DNA of 64,000 bases, from contig JAYQPX010000001.1 of NCBI GenBank assembly GCA_038145565.1, positions 8,255 to 72,254 of the forward strand, written 5' to 3'. A program made the translations under genes and the position numbers. Under the pieces are notes generated by a model. The model was not told where the DNA came from. It saw nothing but the letters and a program-made list of their open reading frames with translations, and did no database searches. Each line of letters opens with the position of its first letter. Positions within the stretch are counted from its first letter, which is position 1. Shown here in pieces: positions 48,977-59,708 of this stretch. This DNA is from Chloroflexota bacterium (lineage in GTDB: Bacteria; Chloroflexota; Limnocylindria; Limnocylindrales; Limnocylindraceae).

Positions 48977-49855
48977 CTACCTGCGTCGCGGAAGTCGGTA
49001 GGTAGCCGTCGCCACCCTCTCGGCGAGCCCCTCATCACAGAGGCGCTTGATCGTCGCGGTGACGGCGGGGGCGGGATGCTCGCCACGCGCCCCACGAATG
49101 ATCACCCCGTCGCGCCCTCCGTCACGAAGCTCATCGAGGAGGCGTCCACGCAGCCAACGCGCAGTTGAACCGAAACGCACAGGCGCCAAACTCCTCTTCT
49201 TCTCGCTCGCCGTCACACGACCCGCAGAGGCACATGCAGTCTTGAGTGGACAAGAGGAGCATTCGGGTGCGCTCGCGCGGCAGAAACTACTCGCTAGGTC
49301 CATCGCCGCCTGCGCCCATCGGCCGGCCTCCCCGTCGCCTAACTCCGCGCCGAACGCATTGGCAGCCGCCTGCAACGGCTTCGCTGTCAGCCGCGGACCG
49401 CCCACAAGCCGTTGCACGACTCTCGCAATATTCACGTCAACCGGAATCTCGCGCCCACCACTTGCAATCGCGGCGACTGCTCGCGCCGTGTACGAACCGA
49501 TCCCTGGGAGTCGTTCCAACTCTTCGTGTGTGGTGGGGAGCCCTCCTGCTGCATGCGCCGCTTCCGCAGCGCGATGGAGCAGCAGTGCACGCCGGTTGTA
49601 GCCGAGTCCTCGCCACGCCTCAAGGACGTCTGCGGTCTCCGCGCGAGCGAGCGCGCGAAGAGTTGGGAATCGTTTGAGAAAGCGGGTCGCAAGTTCATCG
49701 ACGCGCGCGATCTGCGTCTGCTGTGCCATGACCTCAACGATGAGCACCTCATACGGCTTGCTCCGTTCGCGGATCTTGAGGGGACGAGCGTTCGCGCTGT
49801 ACCAGGCGAGCAGGAGCTTGTTGATCCGCTTTATTCTGCGAGCGGTGAGCGCCAC
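48977..49855 (-). CDS. mutY: A/G-specific adenine DNA glycosylase (MutY-like, HhH-GPD with 4Fe-4S), short form
   Basis: EVMAQQTQIARV, the HhH-GPD segment LPGIGSYTARAV, and the Fe-S loop CRASAPECSSCPLKTAC. The C-terminal ~90 aa do not look NUDIX-like. Confidence 0.78.
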   Translation of the reverse strand: MALTARRIKRINKLLLAWYSANARPLKIRERSKPYEVLIVEVMAQQTQIARVDELATRFLKRFPTLRALARAETADVLEAWRGLGYNRRALLLHRAAEAAHAAGGLPTTHEELERLPGIGSYTARAVAAIASGGREIPVDVNIARVVQRLVGGPRLTAKPLQAAANAFGAELGDGEAGRWAQAAMDLASSFCRASAPECSSCPLKTACASAGRVTASEKKRSLAPVRFGSTARWLRGRLLDELRDGGRDGVIIRGARGEHPAPAVTATIKRLCDEGLAERVATATYRLPRRR

Positions 49856-49869
49856 GGTTGGCGTTACCC

Positions 49870-50508
49870 TTAGCGTCCGCGGGGCATCGTCGGTGGGATT
49901 CGATTCTTTCGTGCAACCTCACGCAACGTCCGTGCAAGCTCAGCCTGTTCAACCGCATCGGCAAGCGCATTATGGTCAGCAACAAGATCGGTTGGATAGA
50001 CCTGCCGCACGAAACGCTTCACCGTCTTCTTCCAGGTGAGATTGTCGCCCCCGTGGAGCGTGTAGTAGATGCTCTTCAAGTCCACGGCCGACATGCCGAA
50101 GGGGTTTCGCACCCCAGCCTCCGTGAATGCCATGGTCAGCCACATCCAGTCGAACGGCGTGTTGAATCCAACAAAGAGCGGGCTCGATTCTGGGGCCACC
50201 GCCTCTGCCGTCGCGCGCACCCACTCGGCAAATTTCCGCACCCCTTCGATCCGATCAACCCCATGGGTCTCCAGGTGCGAACGTGTGAGCCGATGCACAC
50301 GCTCCTCTTTGGGCCCCCACGCCTTGCTCGGATCTGGCCGCAGCTCAACGTAGAAGGTGCGCGAAGGATCATCCACGAGACATGCGCCAATGCTGATCAG
50401 GCTCCCTTCAAGTGGCGTCTGTCCGGAGCACTCCACATCCACGCTGAACCAGCACTCTTGCGGGAGGCCGTCTTCGAATGGCGGTGGTGGTGGCGCGTTC
50501 TGCTGCAT
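49870..50508 (-). CDS. DEDDh-family 3'-5' exonuclease (DnaQ/RNase T-like)
   Basis: Exo I block FSVDVECSG and exo III block HNALADA. 212 aa. Confidence 0.75.
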   Translation of the reverse strand: MQQNAPPPPPFEDGLPQECWFSVDVECSGQTPLEGSLISIGACLVDDPSRTFYVELRPDPSKAWGPKEERVHRLTRSHLETHGVDRIEGVRKFAEWVRATAEAVAPESSPLFVGFNTPFDWMWLTMAFTEAGVRNPFGMSAVDLKSIYYTLHGGDNLTWKKTVKRFVRQVYPTDLVADHNALADAVEQAELARTLREVARKNRIPPTMPRGR

Positions 50509-50534
50509 CGCTGCAGCCTAGAACATGGGGGCGG

Positions 50535-51959
50535 CTATTCGCTGCGCACCATGATGTGCTTCGCCACGGTGTAGTCCTCAAGCGCGTACATGGACTGATC
50601 CTTCCCGTAGCCAGACTGCTTGAAGCCGCCATGCGGCATCTCGCTCGCCAGCGTGAAGTGATCATTCACCCAGACGGTGCCAAACTGCAGCGCCTTGGAG
50701 ACCTTGAATGCTCGTGCCACGTCGTTCGTCCAGATCGAAGAGGCGAGGCCGAATCGACAGTCGTTCGCCCACTCCACCATCTGCTCGTCGCTCTTGGCGC
50801 GCTGCACCGTGACAACTGGTCCAAACACTTCGTCCTGGACGATCTCCGATGACTGCGCTGGCCCTGCGATAATCGTTGGTCTGTAGTAGTGACCCTTGGA
50901 ACGGATCGTCGTTCCGCCAAGTACAATCTCCGCCTTCTTGGATGCGCGAGAAACGAATCCCTCCACGCGCTTTAGCTGCTCGGCGCTGATCAGCGAACCC
51001 ATCTCCGTCGCCTTATCTGTTGTTGCTCCAACCTTGATCGTCTTCACCTGCTGCTCCAGAAGTGCCACAAATTTCTCGTATGACCTCGGCCCGACGACGA
51101 TTCGGCAGGCGGCGGTGCAGTCCTGACCCGCATTCCAGAAGCTCGCTGCGCGCATCGTCTCGGCGGCAAGTTCAAGATCCGCATCATCGAAGATGAGGAC
51201 TGGCGCCTTGCCACCCAGCTCAAGATGGAGTCGCTTGACGCTCTCGGCGCCCGCGGCTGCGATGCGCTTCCCCGTGGCCGTGTCGCCAGTAACGGAGACC
51301 ATGTCAATGCCTGGGTGACGCGAGAGAGCGGCGCCAACATCAGAACCTGGCCCTGTGATGACGTTCAACACTCCTGGCGGCAAGATCTCTTGCGCCAGCG
51401 CGCCGAGCATCAGCGCGCTGATCGGTGTGCGCGCAGAGGGCTTGAGCACAATCGAGTTGCCAGTGGCGAGCGCCGGACCGATCTTCCAGCCCGCCATCAA
51501 GAGCGGATAGTTCCATGGTGCAATGGAGGCGATCACGCCAACTGGGTCGCGGCGAATCATGCTCGTTCGCCCTGGGAGGTATTCCGCGACCGCCTTCCCC
51601 TCCATGTTGCGCGCGGCCCCAGCGAAGTAGCGCAGGTTGTCAACGACCGCATCAACTTCAACGCCCACGGCGCTGACCGGCTTGCCCGCATTTGCTGACT
51701 CCGCGGTGACGAACGCGCGCTTCTTAGATTCGAGCGCGTCAGCGAGTTTCAGGAGTGCGAGGCTTCGTTCGCCAGGGGTGGTGGCGGACCATGACGGAAA
51801 CGCGTCACGCGCCGCTGCGACCGCTGCGTTGATGTCCTCTTTTCCGCTGTGTGGGACTGTGGCGATCTTCTCCCGAGTCGAAGGGTCCTCAACGGTGATT
51901 GTCTTCCCTGACTTGGCGGCGACCGCCTTGCCGTTGATGTACTGCTTGAAGCTTCGCAT
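50535..51959 (-). CDS. NAD(P)-dependent aldehyde dehydrogenase (aminoaldehyde/betaine-aldehyde DH-like)
   Basis: ALDH glutamate block LELGGKAP and catalytic Cys block FWNAGQDCTAACR. 474 aa. Confidence 0.9.
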   Translation of the reverse strand: MRSFKQYINGKAVAAKSGKTITVEDPSTREKIATVPHSGKEDINAAVAAARDAFPSWSATTPGERSLALLKLADALESKKRAFVTAESANAGKPVSAVGVEVDAVVDNLRYFAGAARNMEGKAVAEYLPGRTSMIRRDPVGVIASIAPWNYPLLMAGWKIGPALATGNSIVLKPSARTPISALMLGALAQEILPPGVLNVITGPGSDVGAALSRHPGIDMVSVTGDTATGKRIAAAGAESVKRLHLELGGKAPVLIFDDADLELAAETMRAASFWNAGQDCTAACRIVVGPRSYEKFVALLEQQVKTIKVGATTDKATEMGSLISAEQLKRVEGFVSRASKKAEIVLGGTTIRSKGHYYRPTIIAGPAQSSEIVQDEVFGPVVTVQRAKSDEQMVEWANDCRFGLASSIWTNDVARAFKVSKALQFGTVWVNDHFTLASEMPHGGFKQSGYGKDQSMYALEDYTVAKHIMVRSE

Positions 51960-52103
51960 CCCACTCCTCCTTCACCCTGCTTCTTATGGACCGAATTGCT
52001 CCGCCGCGGTGGGCTGGCCACCGCTCTCTCTCGCTAGCCTACCGCCGCAGCCGACGGCTGAGGAGGGGTGGCGCACGCACCCCAGTGACGCTAGGATCCC
52101 CTC

Positions 52104-52490
52104 ATGTCCAAGCAATTCGTGATCCAGCTCTCGCACACGCCGGGCGCGCTCGCCGCGCTCTGCCGCGAACTTGAGAAGCGCGCCGTTGACCTGAAGGCGA
52201 TCGGTGGCGGCGGCGTTGGCGAGCACGGGCACGTCATCCTCAAGACCGCAGACGATGCCGCTACCCGCGAAGTGCTGAAGGCGGGGAACTACGAGTTTAT
52301 CGAGGGCGACTCTGTGCTCGCCGAGGTTGACGACAAGCCTGGCGGGATGCTCTCCGTACTTGAGCGACTCTCAAGCGCTGGTGTCAATGTCTACGGCCAT
52401 CTCTTCACCGGCCGCTGGGGTGATCGCGCAACCTTCTCATTCGTTGTGGACGACCCTGCAAAGGCGCGCGCGGCCCTCGAACAGAAGTAG
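52104..52490 (+). CDS. ACT-domain protein
   Basis: 128 aa with two beta-alpha-beta-beta-alpha-beta-like halves (VIQLSHTPGALAALCREL... and the GMLSVLERLSSAGVNV repeat). Confidence 0.65.
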   Translation: MSKQFVIQLSHTPGALAALCRELEKRAVDLKAIGGGGVGEHGHVILKTADDAATREVLKAGNYEFIEGDSVLAEVDDKPGGMLSVLERLSSAGVNVYGHLFTGRWGDRATFSFVVDDPAKARAALEQK

Positions 52491-52507
52491 CCTGGCGCGT
52501 TCTGTCG

Positions 52508-53332
52508 CTATGCGCGACCGATGAACTGAAGGATCCTCTCCACAGCATCTCGGTATCTCAGCGTGGCGAACGGGTGATGATTGAAGCCTTCGAGTGGTTC
52601 GTAGCTAACGCCACCTAGCGTGCCGATCGGGCGGCACCACTCTGGTCGAACAAGCTTGTCTCCCGTCCCGTGAATCACGAGCGTCTCCACAGGAAAGGTT
52701 CCGCCTCGGGCGACAACTGCACGCGCAGATCGCTGCGCACGAAATGCTTCGTCACCAAGTCGCGTTGTCACCGCATACAAATACCCTGGCGCATCAGGAT
52801 CTTCGTTCACGAGTTGTTGCCCTGGGTCTGTGTCACCGCCAATCCCCGTGGGTATGCGAAGCATCGGCGCAAGCCTGGCGAGCACCGGCGCAAAGATCCG
52901 CTTCCATCGGGCGACGTTTGCGTCGAGCGCTGGCGCTGACAAGACCAGCTTTGCGGGTCGAATCTTCCCCGCCGCCGCTGCGCCGAATGCAATGAGACCG
53001 CCCATACTGTGCCCAATGACCACCAGTGGCCGATCTGGCCTGCTGAGCAACTCAACCTGTTCGCCAAGATCGTCATGAAACCTTCGCCAGGCTGGAACAT
53101 ATCCTCGCGGTCCCTCAGAGCGACCGTGACCGCGCAGGTCGAAGGTTACGGTCCGCCAGCCGGCCTCCGCGAACGCTCGCGCCGACTGGATGTAGCGGGA
53201 TGAGCTCTCTCCGATCCCATGGCAGATCAGAAGATCGCCGATTGGTGCTGCGGCCGAGCGAAAGCTGCGACGAAAAAGGAGGAGCCCATCGCTCGTCCGG
53301 AAGGGGTCAAGCTCAATCTTCACCGAATCCAT
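52508..53332 (-). CDS. alpha/beta hydrolase (lysophospholipase/monoglyceride lipase-like)
   Basis: HGIGE...GHSMGG nucleophile elbow. 274 aa. Confidence 0.8.
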   Translation of the reverse strand: MDSVKIELDPFRTSDGLLLFRRSFRSAAAPIGDLLICHGIGESSSRYIQSARAFAEAGWRTVTFDLRGHGRSEGPRGYVPAWRRFHDDLGEQVELLSRPDRPLVVIGHSMGGLIAFGAAAAGKIRPAKLVLSAPALDANVARWKRIFAPVLARLAPMLRIPTGIGGDTDPGQQLVNEDPDAPGYLYAVTTRLGDEAFRAQRSARAVVARGGTFPVETLVIHGTGDKLVRPEWCRPIGTLGGVSYEPLEGFNHHPFATLRYRDAVERILQFIGRA

Positions 53333-53389
53333 CGCCAGGATCCTACACTTAGGGGGAGGGGCAGCACGTGCCTAGATTCGGAGGCCGCA

Positions 53390-54799
53390 ATGGGAAGCGA
53401 CAAGGCTGGCAGCACACGCAGCGAACGCGATTCGTTCGGTCCGATTGACGTGCCTGCAGATCACCACTGGGGCGCACAAACGGCACGATCGCTCCAGTTC
53501 TTTGCGATTGGCGAAGAGGAGATGCCGCAGCGTCTGATCCACGCACTCGCGCTCGTCAAGCGCGCCGCAGCAACCGTGAACGCCGACCTCGGACTCCTCC
53601 CTGCTGAGATCGCCGCTGGTATCTCAACGGCGGCTGACGAGATCGCTGCAGGTGCGCTGCGCGACGAGTTCCCCCTCTCGGTGTGGCAGACCGGCTCAGG
53701 GACGCAGAGCAACATGAATGTCAATGAGGTCATCGCGTCGCGAGCAAACGAGATCGCCACCGGAACCCGTGGTGGAAAGTCGCCAGTGCACCCAAACGAC
53801 CACGTCAACCTCTCGCAGTCCTCGAATGATGTCTTCCCCACCGCAATCCATATTGCCACCGTACTTGCGGTGAACGAACAGCTCATCCCCGCTCTCACCC
53901 AACTGCACGACTCGATTTCGGCCAAGGCGAAGGCCTGGTCGTCGATTGTCAAGATTGGACGCACGCACCTCCAGGATGCAGTGCCGCTGACGCTCGGACA
54001 AGAGTTCGGCGCACATGCTGCAGCACTAGCTGCTGACATTGCGCGAATTGAAGGCGCGCGCAACGGCCTGCTCCCGCTCGCACTTGGCGGAACTGCGGTA
54101 GGCACTGGTCTCAACAGTCATCCAGAGTTTGCGGACCGAGCAGCGAAGCAGATCGCACTCCTCACCAAACAGCCATTTACCAGCGCGCCAGACAAGTTCA
54201 CCGCGCTCGCGGGACAAGAGCCAACGCTGCACCTCTCCGCAGCGCTACGCACGCTCGCAGCCACGCTGATGAAGCTCGCCAATGATGTGCGCTGGCTCGC
54301 CTCGGGACCTCGCGCCGGACTCGGTGAGCTCAGCATTCCAGAGAATGAACCAGGCTCCTCGATCATGCCGGGGAAGGTGAACCCAACCCAAGCCGAAGCC
54401 CTGACGATGGTTGCCGCACAAGTGTACGGCCTTGACGCCGCGATCGCCTTTGCCGCGAGCCAAGGAAACTTTCAGCTGAATGTCTACAAACCGTTGATTG
54501 CGCACAACCTGCTGAACCAGATTCGCCTGCTCGCTGATGCTTCCCGTTCTTTTGCGCTGCACTGCATTGACGGGGCGCAGCCGAACGAGGCGCGCATCAC
54601 TGAACAGCTCGACGCGTCGCTGATGCTCGTCACCGCTCTCACTCCTGCGATCGGCTACGACAAGGCGGCGGAGATTGCTAAGAAGGCGCATGCGTCGGGT
54701 GCGACGCTTCGCGAGACTGCGCTCGCCCTCGGCTATGTGACGGCGCAGGAGTACGACAAACTCGTGCAGCCCGCGCAGATGACAAGGCCGCAGCGATGA
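53390..54799 (+). CDS. fumC: class II fumarate hydratase
   Basis: Start at MGSDKAG (ATG 53390, with GGAGG 8 nt upstream). N-terminus [24 protein letters not shown], and signature [16 protein letters not shown]. Confidence 0.9.
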   Translation: MGSDKAGSTRSERDSFGPIDVPADHHWGAQTARSLQFFAIGEEEMPQRLIHALALVKRAAATVNADLGLLPAEIAAGISTAADEIAAGALRDEFPLSVWQTGSGTQSNMNVNEVIASRANEIATGTRGGKSPVHPNDHVNLSQSSNDVFPTAIHIATVLAVNEQLIPALTQLHDSISAKAKAWSSIVKIGRTHLQDAVPLTLGQEFGAHAAALAADIARIEGARNGLLPLALGGTAVGTGLNSHPEFADRAAKQIALLTKQPFTSAPDKFTALAGQEPTLHLSAALRTLAATLMKLANDVRWLASGPRAGLGELSIPENEPGSSIMPGKVNPTQAEALTMVAAQVYGLDAAIAFAASQGNFQLNVYKPLIAHNLLNQIRLLADASRSFALHCIDGAQPNEARITEQLDASLMLVTALTPAIGYDKAAEIAKKAHASGATLRETALALGYVTAQEYDKLVQPAQMTRPQR

Positions 54800-55872
54800 G
54801 CCCAACGATGGAGACGAAGCGACTGCGCATCGGCGTGTTGACTGGTGGTGGCGACTGCCCTGGGCTTAACCCAGCGATCCGAGCCGTGGTACGCCGCGCC
54901 GAAGCGGGCGGTCACACCGTTGTTGGAGTCCTGGACGGATGGGCGGGCCTTGCGAACCCAGATGCGACCCTCTCGCGGCCACTCAACCGTGACGAAGTCC
55001 GCGGAATCCAAGATCGCGGCGGGACAGTGCTCGGCTCGAGCCGCACGAATCTGCTCAAGCGTGAAGGTGGACTCGACGCTGCTGAGGCATCAATCAAGCG
55101 CCTGGGCCTGGATGCGCTGGTTGTCATTGGCGGTGACGACACCCTCTCCGTCGCTGCAGGACTCGCCAAGCGCGGCGCCGCTGTGGTTGCGATCCCGAAG
55201 ACCATGGACAACGATGTCTGGGGGACCGAAGGTTGCCTCGGCTTTGATACGGCTGCCAACATCGTTACCGAAGCGCTCGACCGCATCCAGACCACCACCT
55301 CGTCGCATCACCGCGTTGCCGTTGTTGAGGTGATGGGGCGAGACGCAGGCTGGGTCGCCGCATGGGGCGGACTCGCTGGTGGCGCGGACACAATCCTCGT
55401 ACCCGAGCAGCTTGTTGACCCTGCAGCGATCGACCGACTCGTCGAGCTTGTGACGCGTCGCAGGAACTACGCGACAGGTGCGTCAGTGATCGTCGTCTCA
55501 GAGGGTGTGCAGCTCCCAGAGGGGTTGCTCAACTTGAGTGGCGACGTGCCGCGCGATGAGTTCGGTCACCCGCGTCTGGACAAGATCGCAGTGGGCGACG
55601 CGATCGCTGCAATCCTCGAAGAGCGCACTGGCCTTGAGGTGCGCTGCACACGACTCGGACACCTCCAGCGCGGCGGCCCACCATCCGCTGCCGATCGCGT
55701 CCTTGGTGCCCGCTACGGCGTGGCCGCGGTGGACGCGCTTGAGACTGGCCGCTGGGGGAACATGGTTGCCCTGCGTGCTGGCGCGATCGTTGAAGTTCCA
55801 CTTGCAGAGGTAGGCGGGAAGAGCCGACCACTCGATACAAGTTATCTGCGCGTCTTCGACGCACTCGCCTAG
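54796..55872 (+). CDS. pfkA: 6-phosphofructokinase (PfkA family; ATP- or PPi-dependent)
   Basis: [27 protein letters not shown] and MGRDAGW motifs. 358 aa. Confidence 0.88.
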   Translation: MSPTMETKRLRIGVLTGGGDCPGLNPAIRAVVRRAEAGGHTVVGVLDGWAGLANPDATLSRPLNRDEVRGIQDRGGTVLGSSRTNLLKREGGLDAAEASIKRLGLDALVVIGGDDTLSVAAGLAKRGAAVVAIPKTMDNDVWGTEGCLGFDTAANIVTEALDRIQTTTSSHHRVAVVEVMGRDAGWVAAWGGLAGGADTILVPEQLVDPAAIDRLVELVTRRRNYATGASVIVVSEGVQLPEGLLNLSGDVPRDEFGHPRLDKIAVGDAIAAILEERTGLEVRCTRLGHLQRGGPPSAADRVLGARYGVAAVDALETGRWGNMVALRAGAIVEVPLAEVGGKSRPLDTSYLRVFDALA

Positions 55873-55874
55873 CA

Positions 55875-56558
55875 GTGGCAACCCTCGTCCTTATCCGACA
55901 CGCGCGAACCGCCGAAACCGGCTCTCTCCTCAGTGGTCGACGAGAGGGAATCCCCCTCTCTCCCGCGGGCCGGAGTGAAGCGAAACTCCTCGCGGACCAC
56001 CTCGCCGGGGTGCGCTTTGCAGGAATCTTCAGCTCCCCCATGCAGCGCTGTCGCGAGACTGTAGAGGCAATCCGTTCCACGCGGGGACCGAACGTACCGG
56101 CGCGTCCGAATACGCAGATTGAAGATCGACTCACTGAAGTTGACTACGGCAGCTGGACAGGGAAAGAGTTGAAAGTGCTGGCGAAGGACCCGCTCTGGGC
56201 AACGGTTCAACGTCAACCGTCGGCGATGCAGTTCCCTGAAGGTGAGTCGCTCCGTGCAGCAGCGACGCGTGCGACTGAGGCCATTCGTGACCTGGATGCA
56301 GGGTTCAAGGACGACGATGTCTGGCTTGCGGTAAGCCACGGCGACATCATCAAGGCCATCGTCTCCGACGCAAGCGGTGCACCCCTAGATCTCTTTCAGC
56401 GCGTCGTGATTGATCCAGCAAGCATCAGCGTGATCAGGTTCGGCGGCGAACGCCCAGCGATCCTCCGCCTCAATGAATCCGCCGCTGGAATCGCCTCCCT
56501 CTTCGCACCGCGCGAGCGTCGCCACTCTCTGTTCGGCCGACTCCTGGGAAGGGAGTAG
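55875..56558 (+). CDS. histidine phosphatase-family protein (MSMEG_4193-type phosphomutase-like)
   Basis: RHG-type catalytic N-terminus LIRHARTAETG and SSPMQRCRETV. First gene of a cassette with DUF3090 and SCO1664-family genes. Confidence 0.8.
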   Translation: MATLVLIRHARTAETGSLLSGRREGIPLSPAGRSEAKLLADHLAGVRFAGIFSSPMQRCRETVEAIRSTRGPNVPARPNTQIEDRLTEVDYGSWTGKELKVLAKDPLWATVQRQPSAMQFPEGESLRAAATRATEAIRDLDAGFKDDDVWLAVSHGDIIKAIVSDASGAPLDLFQRVVIDPASISVIRFGGERPAILRLNESAAGIASLFAPRERRHSLFGRLLGRE

Positions 56559-56565
56559 GAGCGGC

Positions 56566-57126
56566 GTGGCGCGCAGGATACTCCGCTTCGAAGCCCCAGA
56601 TCGCTTTATCGCGGGGGCGATTGGCGAGCCTGGAAAGCGAGTCTTTCACCTTCAGGCCACCGAGGGCGGGCGTATCTCTGCCGTGATCGTCGAGAAATCG
56701 CAGGTTGCAATCCTTGCGCGCCGCATTGCCGAGATGCTGAAAGATCTGGGCGAGGGAGGCGAGATTGGACTCCCAACGGCAGGATCCCCACTCCCTCCCA
56801 CCGCTCCAACACTGACCGAACCGCTGAACCCAGAGTTTCGAGTGGGGACGATTGCACTGGCGTGGGATCCTGCCTTGAACCGCTTGATCCTTGAGTTCCG
56901 CGATGACATGAACGAAGAGGACGCTTCCGATGCGCCTCCGCCGATGAATGATGCGCCGGATGGACCGGACGTCTTGCGCGTCTCTTTAAGTCCTGCGGCG
57001 GCGCTCACGTTTGCCGAGCGTGCGCTTCAACTCGCCGCGGCGGGTCGTCCACCCTGCCCGAACTGCGGAGCGCCGCTCGAGGTGACGGGGCACCGCTGCG
57101 CGCGCAAGGCCGCCTACCTGAACTGA
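56566..57126 (+). CDS. DUF3090-family protein
   Basis: Likely GTG start at 56566, preceded by GGGAGTAGGAG. N-terminus RRILRFEAPDRFIAGAIGEPGKRVFHLQA and C-terminal PCPNCGAPLEVTGHRC zinc-ribbon-like tail. Confidence 0.7.
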   Translation: MARRILRFEAPDRFIAGAIGEPGKRVFHLQATEGGRISAVIVEKSQVAILARRIAEMLKDLGEGGEIGLPTAGSPLPPTAPTLTEPLNPEFRVGTIALAWDPALNRLILEFRDDMNEEDASDAPPPMNDAPDGPDVLRVSLSPAAALTFAERALQLAAAGRPPCPNCGAPLEVTGHRCARKAAYLN

Positions 57127-57137
57127 TCGGCGACCCC

Positions 57138-57890
57138 GTGAACCGACTCCCGGTGCCAGGCGGGAGCCTAACCACCACTGAAGCGCTCGCTGCGATGCAC
57201 ACCGCAACGGGCTTGCGCCCCGTTGGACGCCTGGCAGATGCGAGCAACGCCACCTTTCTCTGTGAGCTGGAGGGGGCGAACCCACTGCAAGTGATCTACA
57301 AGCCGATCCGCGGAGAGCAGCCGCTGTGGGACTTCCCTGATGGGACGCTGGCGGGGCGTGAGGTGGCGGCGTTCGAGGTGAGTGAGGCGCTCGGCCTCCA
57401 CGTCGTTCCGCCAACGATCCTTCGCGACGGCCCCGCCGGTGCGGGGGCGGTGCAACTCTGGATTGAACACCTTGGCGTGCAGCGTGCAATTGATGCGGTA
57501 AACGGAAGCAGCGTTGCACTCCGTCCGATCGTTCTGTTTGATGCGATCGTCAACAACGGCGATCGAAAGGCGGGGCACCTCCTCCCAATCAGCGACCTAG
57601 TCATCCTCGGCGTGGATCATGGCGTCACCTTCGCCGTTGAGCCAAAGCTGCGCACCGTGCTTTGGAACTGGCGGAACGAGCGTCTCCTCGCTGCCGAACG
57701 CACCGCGTTGACCCGAGGGGCTGAACTCCTTGATTCGCCTGCGCCAAACGCGCTCACCGAGCGCCTACGCGAACTGATCATTGATCTAGAGATTCAGGCG
57801 CTCCGTGAACGGATCAACGCGCTCCTCGCAGCAGACTGCCTCCCTGAGCCCTCCGCTGAGTGGCCGGCACTCCCCTGGCCACTCGTCTAG
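57138..57890 (+). CDS. SCO1664-family protein (PI3/4-kinase-like fold)
   Basis: 250 aa. NATFLCELEGANPLQVIYKP, GDRKAGHLL and VDHGVTF blocks. Confidence 0.7.
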   Translation: MNRLPVPGGSLTTTEALAAMHTATGLRPVGRLADASNATFLCELEGANPLQVIYKPIRGEQPLWDFPDGTLAGREVAAFEVSEALGLHVVPPTILRDGPAGAGAVQLWIEHLGVQRAIDAVNGSSVALRPIVLFDAIVNNGDRKAGHLLPISDLVILGVDHGVTFAVEPKLRTVLWNWRNERLLAAERTALTRGAELLDSPAPNALTERLRELIIDLEIQALRERINALLAADCLPEPSAEWPALPWPLV

Positions 57891-57918
57891 AGGCGCTCAC
57901 CGCTCCGAACGCGCAGCG

Positions 57919-58947
57919 TTAAGGGAGCAGCGACTCGTCGAGAAGCTCGTCTACGGTGAGGTCGGCGCGAATCCCTTGATCAGGGAGTCCGCGGAGGAAT
58001 TCAAGCGAGGTTGCCCAGCCAGCGCGATCAATTGCCCCGAGCCCATCGGACTCTTGCACGAGTCCACGCCACACGTTGATCGTTGCCTTCATGACCGCCA
58101 GTGAATTCGCGCGCGTTGCCTCGTCGGCAGCAACTTCAGGAACAACCTTCGCCGCCGCATCCACGCCGAGCTCAGGGTTCCCCCTGATCCGCTCCATGGC
58201 CTCAAGCGTTGCTGCAATGAAGGCGCGGATCGCGTGCCGCTTTGTGCTGATCGTCTCTGGTGAGCTGATCAGACCAGGTCCTGCGAATGGAGCGGCGGCC
58301 GATGCATAGAAGACGCTCAACTCAAGTCCCGCAGCTTCGGCCTGAACCAAATCGTTGTTTGCGTAGCCAGTTACCGCATCCACTTGACCAGCGATCAGCG
58401 CCTGCGTCTGACCGAAGTCTGGGTAGAGCTCAAGTTGAATATCCGAAACTTCAAGAGCGGCTCCGGCCAAGATTCCAAGGAGTGTCAGGTATCCAGAGCC
58501 GTACTGGCCAGGCGTCCCAACCTTTCGGTTCGCGAGATCACTCGGCGTGCTGATCCCAGCGTCCGCTCGAGCGATAATCACGTTGGGAAGGATGCCGTAG
58601 ACCGTTGCCATATAGCGAATCGGAATCCCATTCGATACGGCGGGGATCACACTCGTTCCATCGGCGAGGGCGATATCTACAGCGCCGCTCCCCACGAGGT
58701 TGATCAGGTCTGGATCGATCTGGTTCTGGATGGTCACATCAAGGCCGGCGCGCTGATATGCGCCGCTCTGCTGTGCGAGGTAGAAGGGGGCGAACTGAAC
58801 GCCAGGAATGTAGCCGAGTCCAACGCTCAACGCGGTGCGCGGAGCGCTTGCGGTGGGCGAAGCAGGCGTACCCTCGCACGCACCTACCACAATGGAGAGG
58901 CTGATAACGGCGACCAGAATCAGATTGAGTTTCCGGCCGAGTGACAT
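57919..58947 (-). CDS. ABC transporter substrate-binding protein, NMT1/THI5-like (SsuA/ThiY family)
   Basis: Signal peptide with lipobox-like VGACEG. NMT1-type periplasmic binding fold. Part of the ABC operon. Confidence 0.82.
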   Translation of the reverse strand: MSLGRKLNLILVAVISLSIVVGACEGTPASPTASAPRTALSVGLGYIPGVQFAPFYLAQQSGAYQRAGLDVTIQNQIDPDLINLVGSGAVDIALADGTSVIPAVSNGIPIRYMATVYGILPNVIIARADAGISTPSDLANRKVGTPGQYGSGYLTLLGILAGAALEVSDIQLELYPDFGQTQALIAGQVDAVTGYANNDLVQAEAAGLELSVFYASAAAPFAGPGLISSPETISTKRHAIRAFIAATLEAMERIRGNPELGVDAAAKVVPEVAADEATRANSLAVMKATINVWRGLVQESDGLGAIDRAGWATSLEFLRGLPDQGIRADLTVDELLDESLLP

Positions 58948-58955
58948 GACTCCCC

Positions 58956-59708
58956 CTATCTTTGTATTCGAGTGCTCAGCCGTTCCGCGGCAATGACAAG
59001 AGTGTATGCAAACGCTCCAAGAAGCGCGATCTGAACGAGTGCCGCAAATAGAAGTGGGGTATCAAAGAGTGAACCGCGAGCAAGATTCACAAGGATGCCG
59101 AGACCAGCGCTCCCCCCGAGCCACTCGCCCACGATTGCGCCGACCACGGCAAGTGTGGCGGCGACACGCGCGCCCGCAAAGATTCCACTTCGCGCACTCG
59201 GAAGTCTGATCATCAGCAGGGACTGGATCCGCGATGCGCCGATCGAACGTCCAAGCTCAAGAAGGCCTCGATCTGCATCTCGGACCGCAACCAGGGTGGC
59301 GATCGCCATGGGGAAGAGGGTGATCAGCGCGCATATCGCGATCTTCGCCGTAGCTCCAGGTCCGAACCAGAGGACGAGGAGTGGACCGAGCGCGAGAATC
59401 GGCATCGACTGTGCCGCCACAAGATACGGGCTTGCGAGTCGCCGAGCCGCGCCGGAAAGTCCGAGGCCGATCCCGATGAAAAGTCCGAGCGCTCCGCCGA
59501 GCAGCCCGCCTACCGTCACCTCCATCACCGTTGGGAGGAGATGCCGCATCATCGTTCCGTCTCCCCACGCCTGGGCGAAGCGCGCCGCCACGAGTGACGG
59601 GGGTGGCAGGATGAAGGTGGCTACACCGCTCAGGCGTACGCCAGCCTCCCATGCACCGAGGAGGAGAAGCCCGAGCAGCGCCGGCTGGAGGCGTTGGAGA
59701 CTACGCAT
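58956..59708 (-). CDS. ABC transporter permease (SsuC/TauC-type)
   Basis: 6-TM permease with EAA-like loop LELGRSIGASR. 250 aa. Confidence 0.88.
   Translation of the reverse strand: MRSLQRLQPALLGLLLLGAWEAGVRLSGVATFILPPPSLVAARFAQAWGDGTMMRHLLPTVMEVTVGGLLGGALGLFIGIGLGLSGAARRLASPYLVAAQSMPILALGPLLVLWFGPGATAKIAICALITLFPMAIATLVAVRDADRGLLELGRSIGASRIQSLLMIRLPSARSGIFAGARVAATLAVVGAIVGEWLGGSAGLGILVNLARGSLFDTPLLFAALVQIALLGAFAYTLVIAAERLSTRIQR

Noticed and set aside
53219-53389. 57-aa N-terminal extension of the fumC ORF
   Set aside because: Overlaps the divergent hydrolase gene. The Met at 53390 has a GGAGG SD and gives the canonical fumarase N-terminus.
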